DNA of 64,000 nucleotides from a virus: positions 10,743-74,742 of IMG/VR virus record IMGVR_UViG_3300022907_000007. The stretch is one strand, 5' to 3'. The position numbers and the translations under genes were made by a program. Numbering within the stretch: the stretch's first letter is position 1; every line of letters begins with the position of its first letter. Shown in pieces: positions 1 to 9,532 of the stretch. Below the pieces are notes generated by a model. That model made no database searches. It was not told where the DNA came from and was given only the letters and a program-made list of their open reading frames with translations.

Positions 1-2
1 AG

Positions 3-2180
3 CCAATCATTATTGAAGTAGCGGATGCGTGTAATACAAATGTTAATTCGGCTTTAGATTTAATTGACAATACAGATACGTTACTGAGCGAGAAAGCGTT
101 AGGTGTTGCTATTCGCAAAGGGCTGAACAAGGCTACTCAGCCTACACGATTTAGGGATATGTTTCTTGAAGGCGTAATCAACGGTTACCTTTCAGGCTTT
201 GGTACTCCTATTGCAAACGCTATCTCTATTGGTGTTCAAAACTTTACAGCACCAACTCTTGAAGCTATTGGTGCATTGACTGATACGTTGCGTGTAACTA
301 ACAGAGCACGTAATGCGGCAGGAGAATTACTTAAACCTAATCGTGAACTACGTGATGCTGTTGCTATGTTTGAAGCGGCAATGGAGGGGTTTGGTGCGGA
401 CATTATGTTCCTCAAGCAAGGATGGAAGAGTGGTTATCCTCTTGATGTAAACAGGTCATCTGCATCTCTTGCACGTCAACTAGGTGTCAGTACAGCAGAA
501 GCGCGTAAGGTAATTATCAAAGAGATTGCCGCAACTAAAGCGGCAAAAGCATTTGCTGAACCAGACAACACATCCACAATGGATCAATTAACTAAAGGCT
601 TCACTGCTCAAATGCAGAAGGAAGGGTTAAACCCTACTGAGTTTGAAGCGTATATGGATGAAGCCTATGATTATATCTCAGGTCATATTCCATCTAAGTT
701 TGGTGGCAAGATTATCCGTTGGCCTACTCGCGCAACAGTTGCAATTGATGAGTATGGTAAGGCACGTTTTCGTAGACAGAAGATTGCACAGATGGCATCT
801 GTCAAGGCGCGTGAGGATGAAGCAAAAGGACTTGGATCATACCGTGATCTGTATAACCAGTATCGTAAGGACTCATTGAGATCAGTCGATGAAGTTAAGG
901 CTGATGAGATTGAAGAAGTCTTTGGCCGCATGAAGATGGATATTGGTAAAGTCTTTGGTCAATCAGATGATGACATGACTCCATACGGTAGCATCAAAGA
1001 GTTTGCATTACGTCAGACGTTTCAGTCTCCCTTGTTCGGTGCGGCTAAAGCGGCACAGGATATTAGACGTGACCATGCATTCGTTGCTTACTTTGTACCG
1101 TTCATTAAGACACCATGGAACATCCTAAAAGAAGGTACATCATTTGTTCCTGGGCTAGGTTACGCATTACGTCCTGCTTATTTGAAGGGTGCAGTGCCTG
1201 TCAAGATGTCTAATGATGAGCTTATTCCTAGACAGATTCTAGGGGCTACAATGTTTGCAGGAGTCGGTGCTATGTTTGCTAGTGGTAATATCACTGGCTC
1301 TCCTAGAAATGCAGATGAAGCGCAAGCATGGAAGGATCAAGGCATTCAACCTTTCTCAATTAAGATAGGGGATAGTTGGGTTTCGTATCAGCGGATTGAA
1401 CCTATCGCTACAGTGCTTGGTCTTGCGGCTGACTTGTTACGTCTAACCGATGAGTATGTTCAGAACCCTGATCTTGATGCGTCATTCTTGGATGAAGCGG
1501 CAAAGCCTACACTTGTAGCAATCAAGGCAAACATCTTAAGTAAGTCATTCATGGAAGGGTTCTCAAATATCCTTGAGGTTATGTCAGACCCTGCTCGATA
1601 TGCTGAATCATTCATGGCATCTACATTACGTCCACTGTCTCCTGCAGTATTAAACATGGTTGCCCGCGCAACTGATCCATATGAACGTCTTGCAACAACA
1701 CCCGTCGAGAAGTTACAACAACGCTTCCCGTTCCTGCGTCAAGACTTACCAGTGGAGTACGGTGCAATTGGAGGTCCGCGTGAGACTAACTTTACACAGG
1801 CAGTTACTGGCTTTGGGATTACATCAGGGCCAGAGACAATGCTACAACAAGAGCTTGCTGATCTGAACTATACAAAGGGGCGTGTAGGAGATACCATTAT
1901 GCGCGTTGGTTTAACAACAGCACAGCTTGGTGAGTTCCGTATGATGTCTGCTGAGATGCTGACTCCTATACTAGATCGCTTTATTAACTCAGCGACATAC
2001 AGGAATGCAACTAATTCTAGACGTAAGGTACTACTTGATAAGATTACAGGACAAGTGCAGAACGCAGTGCGTAGGAAATACTTTGCACAGTTGCGGAAGC
2101 AAGACCCAGAGGTTGCACGTAAGTTCTACAATCAGGAGATCTTGAAGAGAGGACTAGAGGAACAAGTACCACTCCGCTAG
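3..2180 (+). CDS. Large internal virion/ejection protein, C-terminal part (LPD38-like); 5' end lies outside the window
   Basis: Frame open from position 3; motifs FVPFIKTPWNILKEG, GNITGS and QPFSIKIGDSWVSYQRIEP typical of podovirus internal virion proteins. Confidence 0.65.
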   Translation, partial: PIIIEVADACNTNVNSALDLIDNTDTLLSEKALGVAIRKGLNKATQPTRFRDMFLEGVINGYLSGFGTPIANAISIGVQNFTAPTLEAIGALTDTLRVTNRARNAAGELLKPNRELRDAVAMFEAAMEGFGADIMFLKQGWKSGYPLDVNRSSASLARQLGVSTAEARKVIIKEIAATKAAKAFAEPDNTSTMDQLTKGFTAQMQKEGLNPTEFEAYMDEAYDYISGHIPSKFGGKIIRWPTRATVAIDEYGKARFRRQKIAQMASVKAREDEAKGLGSYRDLYNQYRKDSLRSVDEVKADEIEEVFGRMKMDIGKVFGQSDDDMTPYGSIKEFALRQTFQSPLFGAAKAAQDIRRDHAFVAYFVPFIKTPWNILKEGTSFVPGLGYALRPAYLKGAVPVKMSNDELIPRQILGATMFAGVGAMFASGNITGSPRNADEAQAWKDQGIQPFSIKIGDSWVSYQRIEPIATVLGLAADLLRLTDEYVQNPDLDASFLDEAAKPTLVAIKANILSKSFMEGFSNILEVMSDPARYAESFMASTLRPLSPAVLNMVARATDPYERLATTPVEKLQQRFPFLRQDLPVEYGAIGGPRETNFTQAVTGFGITSGPETMLQQELADLNYTKGRVGDTIMRVGLTTAQLGEFRMMSAEMLTPILDRFINSATYRNATNSRRKVLLDKITGQVQNAVRRKYFAQLRKQDPEVARKFYNQEILKRGLEEQVPLR

Positions 2181-2196
2181 GTTAACTTGGTTAACC
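2180..2196 (+). repeat. Double-GTTAAC motif copy 1 (GGTTAACTTGGTTAACC)
   Basis: Direct reading; abuts the stop codon of the internal virion protein gene. Confidence 0.9.
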
Positions 2197-2199
2197 TCT

Positions 2200-2224
2200 A
2201 AAAAGAACCCCGCCGAAGCGGGGC
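2200..2224 (-). terminator. Intrinsic terminator of the leftward replication operon
   Basis: Minus strand GCCCCGC-TTCG-GCGGGGT followed by TCTTTTT. Confidence 0.85.
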
Positions 2225-2244
2225 AAGTTCCACTGGAGGGTGGT

Positions 2245-2442
2245 TCAGTCGTCAACAAGTCCGTAGACACTGCCGACCATAATCTTTACAAAAGGTATAT
2301 TGAAGATGTATCCATCAAAGAAGTAGATAGTTGCGTCTTCTTCTGATTCTCCATGCTGACGACCGTACACAGGCTGTGCTTCCACAGACTCAACAGACAG
2401 TCCAAAGACGTGCCAAAAACTAAACTGTACTACCATCCCCAA
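2245..2442 (-). CDS. Hypothetical protein
   Basis: ORF overlapping the nrdB stop; last gene before the terminator. Confidence 0.55.
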   Translation of the reverse strand: MGMVVQFSFWHVFGLSVESVEAQPVYGRQHGESEEDATIYFFDGYIFNIPFVKIMVGSVYGLVDD

Positions 2443-3383
2443 TCATCTCCATCTAATCCATGTGCATTGTAATCAGTCACTCGCTTCTCAAAGAAGTTAC
2501 TCATAGAGCTACCTCCAAGAATCTCCTCCATCCACGGTAGAGGGTTCTCCTTAACCTTCCAGTTTGTCTTGAGACCAAGTTGCAGTAGTCGTCTGTCTGC
2601 GAGATAACGAATGTACTGCTTGACATCTGCCGACGACAGACCTTCCAAGTCACCCATCTCATACGCAAGATCAATAACCTTGTCTTCAAGTTTGACTGCA
2701 GTACGGAACATCTCGTAGATATCTTTCTTGAAATCGTCGTTAACGATTCGTGGATGTTCATTACAATACTCCCTGAATAACTTAGCCATCCCCTCTGCGT
2801 GTTGTGACTCATCACGTACTGACCACTCAACAACAGTACACATACCCGGCATCTTACCATAGCGTTGATAGTTAAGTAGCATCGCAAATGCTGAGAACAA
2901 ACTCATACCTTCATTCAACACTGAGCGTGCAATTGCAAGGGCTGTACCGCTTATAGAAGTTACGTCTAATCCGGACATGAACTCCAGTTTTGCAGACATT
3001 TGCTCATACTCTAAGAACGCTGTGAACTCCTCTTCCGGAAGTCCGAGAGTGTCATTGAGTAAGGCATATGCTCGTTGATGGATGAACTCACGAGAAGCAA
3101 AGGCTGTGAGCATGGCTCTAATCTCATTGTTCTTGAACTTGGGAATATAATACTCAAGATAGTTTGTTCCAACCGCCACGTCTGTCTGCGTAAATAACCG
3201 CAAGATCTGGGTGATATGGTTCTTCTCGCTCTCCGATAGTGCGCCTGACTTCCAGTGTGATACATCTGTTTGTAACTCTAACTCATCCTCAATCCAGTGG
3301 ATACGCTCATGCTCTGTGGCATACGTAACAGCCCAAGGGTAGTTGAATGGTTTATAACTTTTGCTCTGTTCCTGCAAGCTCAT
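2430..3383 (-). CDS. nrdB: Ribonucleotide reductase class I, beta subunit
   Basis: Ferritin-like motifs FTQTD, EFIHQRAY, EG..LFSAF, RDESQH, NFFEKRVTDY. Confidence 0.95.
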   Translation of the reverse strand: MSLQEQSKSYKPFNYPWAVTYATEHERIHWIEDELELQTDVSHWKSGALSESEKNHITQILRLFTQTDVAVGTNYLEYYIPKFKNNEIRAMLTAFASREFIHQRAYALLNDTLGLPEEEFTAFLEYEQMSAKLEFMSGLDVTSISGTALAIARSVLNEGMSLFSAFAMLLNYQRYGKMPGMCTVVEWSVRDESQHAEGMAKLFREYCNEHPRIVNDDFKKDIYEMFRTAVKLEDKVIDLAYEMGDLEGLSSADVKQYIRYLADRRLLQLGLKTNWKVKENPLPWMEEILGGSSMSNFFEKRVTDYNAHGLDGDDWGW

Positions 3384-3516
3384 ATAGTTGTCTCTCCAGT
3401 GTGTCCAGTTTATTGGACAAGTCTATGATTGTGTCGTATGCGTCATTTAATAATTGTTTATTGAAAGGGTCTATGTCTTTGACCAGTTCAATTCTCTCTA
3501 GTATATTGGTTTGCAT
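3352..3516 (-). CDS. Hypothetical 54-aa protein (MQTNILERIELVKD...)
   Basis: Manually translated ORF filling the nrdA-nrdB gap. Confidence 0.5.
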   Translation of the reverse strand: MQTNILERIELVKDIDPFNKQLLNDAYDTIIDLSNKLDTLERQLYELAGTEQKL

Positions 3517-3522
3517 AGTCCC

Positions 3523-5280
3523 CTATCCCTGACAACTCACACAGACATCATCGTCTTCAAAGTCTTTCAACGCATTACGGTCCACTTTAGTCCCAACCTT
3601 CTCCGCTGTAACACCTGCAGTCGTGCGTAAATAATATAATCCTTTAAGCCCTTCCTTCCACGCCTTGAGGTGTACCTGATTGACAATAGCCTTGTCAGTA
3701 CCCGATGGAAAGAACACGTTAACACTCTGCCCTTGACATATAAACTCTTGTCTTTTAGCTGAGTGTTCGACAACCCACCCCTGATCGAGTTCAAATGCTG
3801 TCTTAAATGTAGCCTTCTCGTCGTCGGATAGGAACTCCAAGTGCTGTACAGAGCCTTCATTCTCAAGAATACTTTGCCATATCTTCTTGGTGTTCTTTCC
3901 TTTGTCATCTAAAAGTTCCTCCAAGTACGGATTGCGAACAGTATGACTCCCGGCACGAGTACGATGGACAAAGCAGTTGCTAAGACGTGGTTCAATGCTA
4001 GCAGAGCACCCACATAGGATACTAGAATTAGCGTTAGGAGCAATAGCCAACAGATGCATATTTCTAATACCATAACCCACCCCATCAGGACACTCACCAC
4101 GTCCCACAGCGAGCGAGTACGTGGCCTCAAGTGCTTGGGATTTGATGTCCTTGAAGAGGTTGTAGTTTTCACTCGCCGCTTGCCATGACTCCCAAGCTAT
4201 GCCTTTGCCTTGGAGGTAGCCGTGGAAGCCCATTGCTCCAAGACCGACTGAGCGTTCTCTGTAAGCTGAGTAGACAGCTTTTGATAGTTCTTCTGGTGCG
4301 TTGTCAATAAAGAATTGAAGGACGTTGTCCAAGAATCTGATAAGGTCTCCAACCATGCCGCTTGATTTCCAGTCATCGTATCGCTCAAGGTTGACTGAGG
4401 AGAGGCAACAGACTGCTGTGCGTTCTTCACTTGTTGCGAGATGGATTTCGTTGCAGAGGTTACTGCCATTAATTGACAGTCCAAGTTTTCTTTGAGCTTC
4501 CGGTAAACCTCTTCTGGCTGTGTCGATAAAGTTAAGGTAAGGACTGCCAGTTCTGAAGCGAGCTTCAAGTATTCGTTGCCAAAGTTTACGAGCTTGGATT
4601 GTATCTCTAACAATTCCTGTGTTGGGATCAACAAGGTTCCATTCTGTTCCATTGATTACACACTCCATAAAATCATCTGTGATATTCACAGCATTAAAAA
4701 GATTAAAACATTTGCGGTTGATGTCACCACCAGTCGCTACTTTAAAGTTGATGAACTCCTCGATATCAGGATGGCTTACGTCTAGGTACGCCGCGTAGCT
4801 TCCCTTCCGTGTCTTCCCCTGTTTGTACGCTGTCATCTGTGCGTCCACTACTTTCATGAACGGTATCGGTCCCGGTGCTTTGTCGGAGATCCCTCTCACG
4901 TCTGACCAATGCCCACCCACACCTCCGCCCTTTACGGAAAGCCATGCTACTTCACCATTGTGTTCAATAAGGCTGTCAAGAGAGTCAGCCACATAAGTAA
5001 GGAAGCAACTAATAGGCAAGCCACTAATCCTTCCGTTCGGTTCTGGGGCATTAGATAAGACAGGCGACGCAAACATGAACCAACCCTTTGAGGCATAGTC
5101 ATAAATACGTTGTGCCAAATCCAGATCCCCATCGCAGTAAGCCACTGCCGCGCGAGCAAACGCCTGCTGAGGAGACTGCTCATGAGCAAGCATATAGTAA
5201 TCTTGCATGAGCGTAGTCGCTTGGTCACTGAGGCGAAAGTCTCTTTCATAGTCAATCGTTATCCCAAGGTGTTGAGTCAT
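3523..5280 (-). CDS. nrdA: Ribonucleotide reductase class I, alpha subunit (no ATP cone)
   Basis: PISCF, GGGVG, SNLCNEI, VCCLSS, APNANSS, LKGLYYLR and C-terminal CVSCQG; start chosen by RBS spacing. Confidence 0.95.
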   Translation of the reverse strand: MTQHLGITIDYERDFRLSDQATTLMQDYYMLAHEQSPQQAFARAAVAYCDGDLDLAQRIYDYASKGWFMFASPVLSNAPEPNGRISGLPISCFLTYVADSLDSLIEHNGEVAWLSVKGGGVGGHWSDVRGISDKAPGPIPFMKVVDAQMTAYKQGKTRKGSYAAYLDVSHPDIEEFINFKVATGGDINRKCFNLFNAVNITDDFMECVINGTEWNLVDPNTGIVRDTIQARKLWQRILEARFRTGSPYLNFIDTARRGLPEAQRKLGLSINGSNLCNEIHLATSEERTAVCCLSSVNLERYDDWKSSGMVGDLIRFLDNVLQFFIDNAPEELSKAVYSAYRERSVGLGAMGFHGYLQGKGIAWESWQAASENYNLFKDIKSQALEATYSLAVGRGECPDGVGYGIRNMHLLAIAPNANSSILCGCSASIEPRLSNCFVHRTRAGSHTVRNPYLEELLDDKGKNTKKIWQSILENEGSVQHLEFLSDDEKATFKTAFELDQGWVVEHSAKRQEFICQGQSVNVFFPSGTDKAIVNQVHLKAWKEGLKGLYYLRTTAGVTAEKVGTKVDRNALKDFEDDDVCVSCQG

Positions 5281-5428
5281 CGAAATCATTCTCCAGTGTA
5301 TCTTGTTTTTGTTCAATCAGGTCAGAGAACCTGTCAACCAAATCTTCAGAGGTGAGTTCTAATGTTTCCATCAGAGTCACCTCATCCAACTGCTTGAGTT
5401 TATCTTTAATATCTTCAAGCGTAAGCAT
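5252..5428 (-). CDS. Hypothetical acidic 58-aa protein (MLTLEDIKDKLKQLDE...)
   Basis: Manually translated ORF filling the gap. Confidence 0.55.
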   Translation of the reverse strand: MLTLEDIKDKLKQLDEVTLMETLELTSEDLVDRFSDLIEQKQDTLENDFDDSTPWDND

Positions 5429-5433
5429 CTATT

Positions 5434-5664
5434 TTACCACACTTCTATGAGTTTGTCAAGGTAATGTTTGCACTTTTGTAAGTCTAACACGCCACCTTTA
5501 TCCTGAAAGCGAGCAATGTATTTGATCACATTACCAATTAGGAAACCTTTGAACTGCTCTTCAGTCATCCATTCCTGCATAGCATCCCAAGGCTGTACCT
5601 TCTTGTCGGTGTAGTGTGTGCCACCAAGCTGATAGTTCCTAGCCATCTCATTTAAGTCAGGCAT
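5434..5664 (-). CDS. DUF3310-family protein (T7 gp1.7-like)
   Basis: GGTHY...QPWD...GNVIKYIAR..KGG..DLQKCKHYL. Confidence 0.8.
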   Translation of the reverse strand: MPDLNEMARNYQLGGTHYTDKKVQPWDAMQEWMTEEQFKGFLIGNVIKYIARFQDKGGVLDLQKCKHYLDKLIEVW

Positions 5665-6418
5665 AACGCTCCCTCAAATAATTGATAGACACTGGCATCT
5701 CATCGAACGTACCTTCCATTACCTCATGTAACATCCAGATACCAGACCATGATCCATTAGTCTGCGGGTTCAGATACTCTTCATCATGTTGATAATAGAT
5801 ACCTGCAAACAGACCAGTGATTCGTTTACCATCAGCGCGTCGAGCGTAAGAGATACTACGATCCTGTACGTGACCCATCACACATGACATATGTTGCTTA
5901 TTGATTAGTGCATTAGAAGAACTTACTGGTCTTCCCATAACACCACTAACAAAATAATGGCTGTAACAGACACCATCAATAACCACAGGTTGTAAGAAAT
6001 CATACACTTCCCATCCCATCTCTGTCAAGTACAGATCATCAAAGGACATGAGACCTTCTAGCTTAGGGTCTGCATTGATAGCGCGAGCAATACGATACTC
6101 ATGGTTACCTAATGTAAATACTAAGCGAGGGTTCCACTGCTTGTCTTTGTTACGCTTGAGTCTATCTTGTTCCTTACGAATAGGATCAAGGAACTCTTGC
6201 ATTGCCTCGACACCTGCATTGATGTCATTGATGTATCGCCTACCTTCAAACGATTTCTTACCGACATCATAGGTAGATAGACTAGGCATATCAAAATGAT
6301 CACCGATGTGTACGATTACATCAGGCTTCTTCTCTACGGCATATTCTCCTGCCCAACGCAGATGGCTAGTCGGATGATCCGGCTTCACTTGCGTGTCAGG
6401 TATGACCATATGTTTCAT
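5657..6418 (-). CDS. Calcineurin-like metallophosphoesterase
   Basis: IPDTQ, HIGDHFD, LGNHE, GHVQ motifs. Confidence 0.85.
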   Translation of the reverse strand: MKHMVIPDTQVKPDHPTSHLRWAGEYAVEKKPDVIVHIGDHFDMPSLSTYDVGKKSFEGRRYINDINAGVEAMQEFLDPIRKEQDRLKRNKDKQWNPRLVFTLGNHEYRIARAINADPKLEGLMSFDDLYLTEMGWEVYDFLQPVVIDGVCYSHYFVSGVMGRPVSSSNALINKQHMSCVMGHVQDRSISYARRADGKRITGLFAGIYYQHDEEYLNPQTNGSWSGIWMLHEVMEGTFDEMPVSINYLRERYA

Positions 6419-6419
6419 A

Positions 6420-6773
6420 TCAGTCTCCTGTGGTTAACTTGGTTAACCTCAACAATTCAAAAAAGTGTTCGGCATCTAAGACTGCGAGAGGTCTTCGTCT
6501 GTTTTCTTTAACGATGACAAGTGGCTGTGCATCACCTCGATTGTTGCACTGGTCAACAAAACGATAGACTCCAACTCTCGCAAGGCTTTTGCATTCGACA
6601 TCATACGTGAAAGACTTGCGAGCCAGAGGGCTAAGTTGAACATCACTGCCACTAACACCCATACTGGTTGATCTAACATCATCACTCTCCAGATGCGGGA
6701 ACGTCTGTAGTATCTGTTCCGCTGTCCATTGTTGTAGTTTCCTTCCCTTTGCTTTCGCGCTCTGTGTCTTCAC
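6420..6773 (-). CDS. Holliday-junction resolvase-like PD-(D/E)xK nuclease
   Basis: SAKAKGR.LQ, G.D, VECK and PLVIVKENR motifs; GTG start inferred. Confidence 0.7.
   Translation of the reverse strand: MKTQSAKAKGRKLQQWTAEQILQTFPHLESDDVRSTSMGVSGSDVQLSPLARKSFTYDVECKSLARVGVYRFVDQCNNRGDAQPLVIVKENRRRPLAVLDAEHFFELLRLTKLTTGD
6432..6448 (+). repeat. Double-GTTAAC motif copy 2
   Basis: GGTTAACTTGGTTAACC; directly upstream of the RBS of the 6418 gene. Confidence 0.9.
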
Positions 6774-7437
6774 TTGGCGGCTCCCATTGCTCTCCTTGTT
6801 GACGCTGAAGGTACAGTAGTTTTCCATTCTCTACTGCACGTTCAACACTACCTAATTGCTCAACGCAAGTATCAAACATTTCTTTTTCACTCAGTCCATT
6901 GAGTAACTTGTAAGCCTTCTTAGGCCCAATACCTTTGACACCCATGATGTTATCAATGCGGTCTCCAACAAGGAACTGCATATAGAAGTTGAGTAATCCC
7001 TGCTCATGCGTGATGTAGTACCTGTCTTTCTTAACAAAGTTGTAGTGCCATCCCTGCACCTGATCAAAGTCTTTGTCAAGAGAAACAATGATAGAGTCGT
7101 CACCATGTGAGGTTGCCGCAATAGCGATCTCATCATCAGCTTCACACCCATCAGATACTACACCATTCCATGATAGCTCAAGGTACTCACGCAACAGTGC
7201 ATGATGCGTAGGCTTTTCACCTTTGCGGTTTCCCTTGTATGGGGCGGTGACTGCAACATCAAATCGGAAGTTGGTCTTACCAGTTAGGTAAGTCTGCCAG
7301 TCTGATACGTTTATCTCAAACATCAACATCTCCTCCAAGAAGGAGGCCATCGTCCTGATAGCCACACTCTCAGATTCTTCGTTGGTTGCAAACCCAATGC
7401 GGTAGCAAAGGATGTCACCGTCAATCAGCGCAATCAC
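6682..7437 (-). CDS. 5'-3' exonuclease / RNase H (T7 gp6-like)
   Basis: LIDGD, YKGNR, EADD, SLDKD, GDRIDNIMGVKGIGPKKA. Confidence 0.9.
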   Translation of the reverse strand: MIALIDGDILCYRIGFATNEESESVAIRTMASFLEEMLMFEINVSDWQTYLTGKTNFRFDVAVTAPYKGNRKGEKPTHHALLREYLELSWNGVVSDGCEADDEIAIAATSHGDDSIIVSLDKDFDQVQGWHYNFVKKDRYYITHEQGLLNFYMQFLVGDRIDNIMGVKGIGPKKAYKLLNGLSEKEMFDTCVEQLGSVERAVENGKLLYLQRQQGEQWEPPSEDTERESKGKETTTMDSGTDTTDVPASGE

Positions 7438-7853
7438 AGGGTGTCTTCTTCTACCGTCACGTCTGCCTTAGTTTCTTCAGGCACATACTGATTCAACTCA
7501 GTGACCATGAGCTTGACGATACCAAGAGAGATACCAGTCTGTCCTGTTGGAGACTTCCAAGAGTAAGGCTTCGCCATGATAGTCGCACGCGAACCATTAC
7601 CAACAAGGACGTTACGGCTGATAGCTTCACCGTTCTTGTCGTATGGAGTGATCTCATACTTAGACTTGCAGGTTACAAAGAACCCACGCTCATCGTCTTT
7701 CGACTTGATCTGCACACCAGTCGTCTCGATCTGATCGATCTGATCTGTTGACAGGTTAGCCAAGTCTACCTGAAACTTTTGTGACAACTTGTTGACCTCG
7801 AAAAGGTTAGGCCAGAACAGTTCGACGTTGTCTAGTTTAATTAAGTTACTCAT
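7434..7853 (-). CDS. Single-stranded DNA-binding protein (gp2.5-like)
   Basis: Between pol and exonuclease; VGNGS motif; acidic C-terminal tail. Confidence 0.7.
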   Translation of the reverse strand: MSNLIKLDNVELFWPNLFEVNKLSQKFQVDLANLSTDQIDQIETTGVQIKSKDDERGFFVTCKSKYEITPYDKNGEAISRNVLVGNGSRATIMAKPYSWKSPTGQTGISLGIVKLMVTELNQYVPEETKADVTVEEDTL

Positions 7854-7882
7854 ACTTTTCTCCTACGGAAGTGAGTCTATAT

Positions 7883-7911
7883 ATTATAGCACACAAATTA
7901 ATGTGTGTCAA
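7883..7911 (-). promoter_or_regulatory. Consensus sigma-70 promoter for the SSB operon
   Basis: TTGACA-17 bp-TATAAT with extended TG; spacer holds inverted repeat CACACA/TGTGTG. Confidence 0.85.
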
Positions 7912-9532
7912 ACCAAGTCTTACCAATTTTAGACTCGGCATCTACTGGGCATCGAAAGCCCAAGGTAAGCCCTGCTTGTGAGGCAGAGTCGCACATGATC
8001 TGTGCAACCTCTTCACCATACTTCTCCTCTGTTTCAATTTGAATTTCATCGTGTACAAATGCAACCTGTCGCACAGGTAAGCAAAGTCGCTTAAACTTTT
8101 GGTGTGCTTCAATACACCACTGCTTTGCAATGATAGCCCCACAACCTTGAAGGAGGCTGTTGAGTGCGGCGTGCTCAGATCTAACAATGATCCTTCTACC
8201 ATCCAACCCCGGTACGTACCCTTTGCTCGCCACTTTCTTAACTTTTTCCATAAGTCTTGATAACGCAGGGGTGTTAGCATAAAAGCGCGACAAGACCTCT
8301 TGCCCCTGACGCGCACCTCCCCCGACAATACTACCAATCTTTGCGGGTCCCGCGCCGTAAAGGGTTGCATAGATGAGAGTCTTAGCCTGCGGTCTCGTAA
8401 TGCCTGCGGCATCTGCGTTCTTCTGATGGATATCTCCATTCAATAACTCCTCTGTCCACTCATCATCCTGCATATAATGGGCAAGACATCTCAACTCGAT
8501 CCCGCTTAAGTCCGTGCCGCATAAGACATGACCATCATCAACAGTCCACAGACCACGACACTCAGGTCCATACTCACTGTTGACACTGGGGATTTGTCCC
8601 ATGTTTGGTTTTTGGTGGGTCATACGTCCAGTAACAGCACCATTAGTAATCACCCTACCATGTACCCTGCCGTCATCCTTGAGGTTATCAATCCATGACT
8701 CAAGCAAACCGACACGCTTCTGTATCATCAGGTACTCAGCGATCAACTGCGCTTCAGGCAGATCAATAGCCTTGAGTGTACCCTCATCAACTATGATAGT
8801 ACCTTTCTCAGTCTTCTTAGTAAACTTAACACCACGCTCCTGAAGACGCTGTGCGATCTGTTGTCTTGACCCCACATTGAATACGGTAACCCCATCTTTG
8901 AGACGCTTGCCTGTCTTCTCTGACCAACGCTCTTCCACAATCGGAGGAAATATATTTTGCAAGTGATCAGTAATATAAGCCATTCGATCTTTAAGTTGAG
9001 CCAACAAAGTGATAGCTTCTTTCTCGTTGAGTTTGAATCCATTGTCCTCTTGCCTCTTCATAATAAAAGCGATGCTGTGTTCCAGATCAATAGACACACT
9101 GTAGTCTTCTAGTTCTTTGCACAATTGTTTGTACAACTTGACTGTTAAGTTCACGTCTTGAGAACAATACTCAACCATCTGTTCAGTAAGACCGCCATTG
9201 AAATCAGTGAAGTCCTGTTTGTAATCACCAAGACGTTCGCCCCATGCACGTAGACTATGGCCACCCTCCAGTTGTGGATTCCATAGCCTTGACATGACCA
9301 GAGTATCACGAACTTTGGAGAGGGGAATCTTTACTCCCCAAATCCGTGACAACACTGGCCCGTCAAACCCAATGATGTTGTGACCTACTACTACATCAGC
9401 CTTGTCCACTAGCTCTTGGACTTTCTGTGCGTTTGTGTATACAGATGTATAACTGTCGTAGTTACATCCACAGCACCAGATTCTGTCGTGCGTTAGGTTG
9501 GTCTCAATGTCGAGTACCAATACCTTCATCAT
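7898..9532 (-). CDS. Family A DNA polymerase with 3'-5' exonuclease (T7 gp5-like, Tyr at the 762-equivalent position)
   Basis: LDIET, HNIIGFD, DLSGIELR, KTLIYATLYG, VHDE. Confidence 0.95.
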   Translation of the reverse strand: MMKVLVLDIETNLTHDRIWCCGCNYDSYTSVYTNAQKVQELVDKADVVVGHNIIGFDGPVLSRIWGVKIPLSKVRDTLVMSRLWNPQLEGGHSLRAWGERLGDYKQDFTDFNGGLTEQMVEYCSQDVNLTVKLYKQLCKELEDYSVSIDLEHSIAFIMKRQEDNGFKLNEKEAITLLAQLKDRMAYITDHLQNIFPPIVEERWSEKTGKRLKDGVTVFNVGSRQQIAQRLQERGVKFTKKTEKGTIIVDEGTLKAIDLPEAQLIAEYLMIQKRVGLLESWIDNLKDDGRVHGRVITNGAVTGRMTHQKPNMGQIPSVNSEYGPECRGLWTVDDGHVLCGTDLSGIELRCLAHYMQDDEWTEELLNGDIHQKNADAAGITRPQAKTLIYATLYGAGPAKIGSIVGGGARQGQEVLSRFYANTPALSRLMEKVKKVASKGYVPGLDGRRIIVRSEHAALNSLLQGCGAIIAKQWCIEAHQKFKRLCLPVRQVAFVHDEIQIETEEKYGEEVAQIMCDSASQAGLTLGFRCPVDAESKIGKTWFDTH

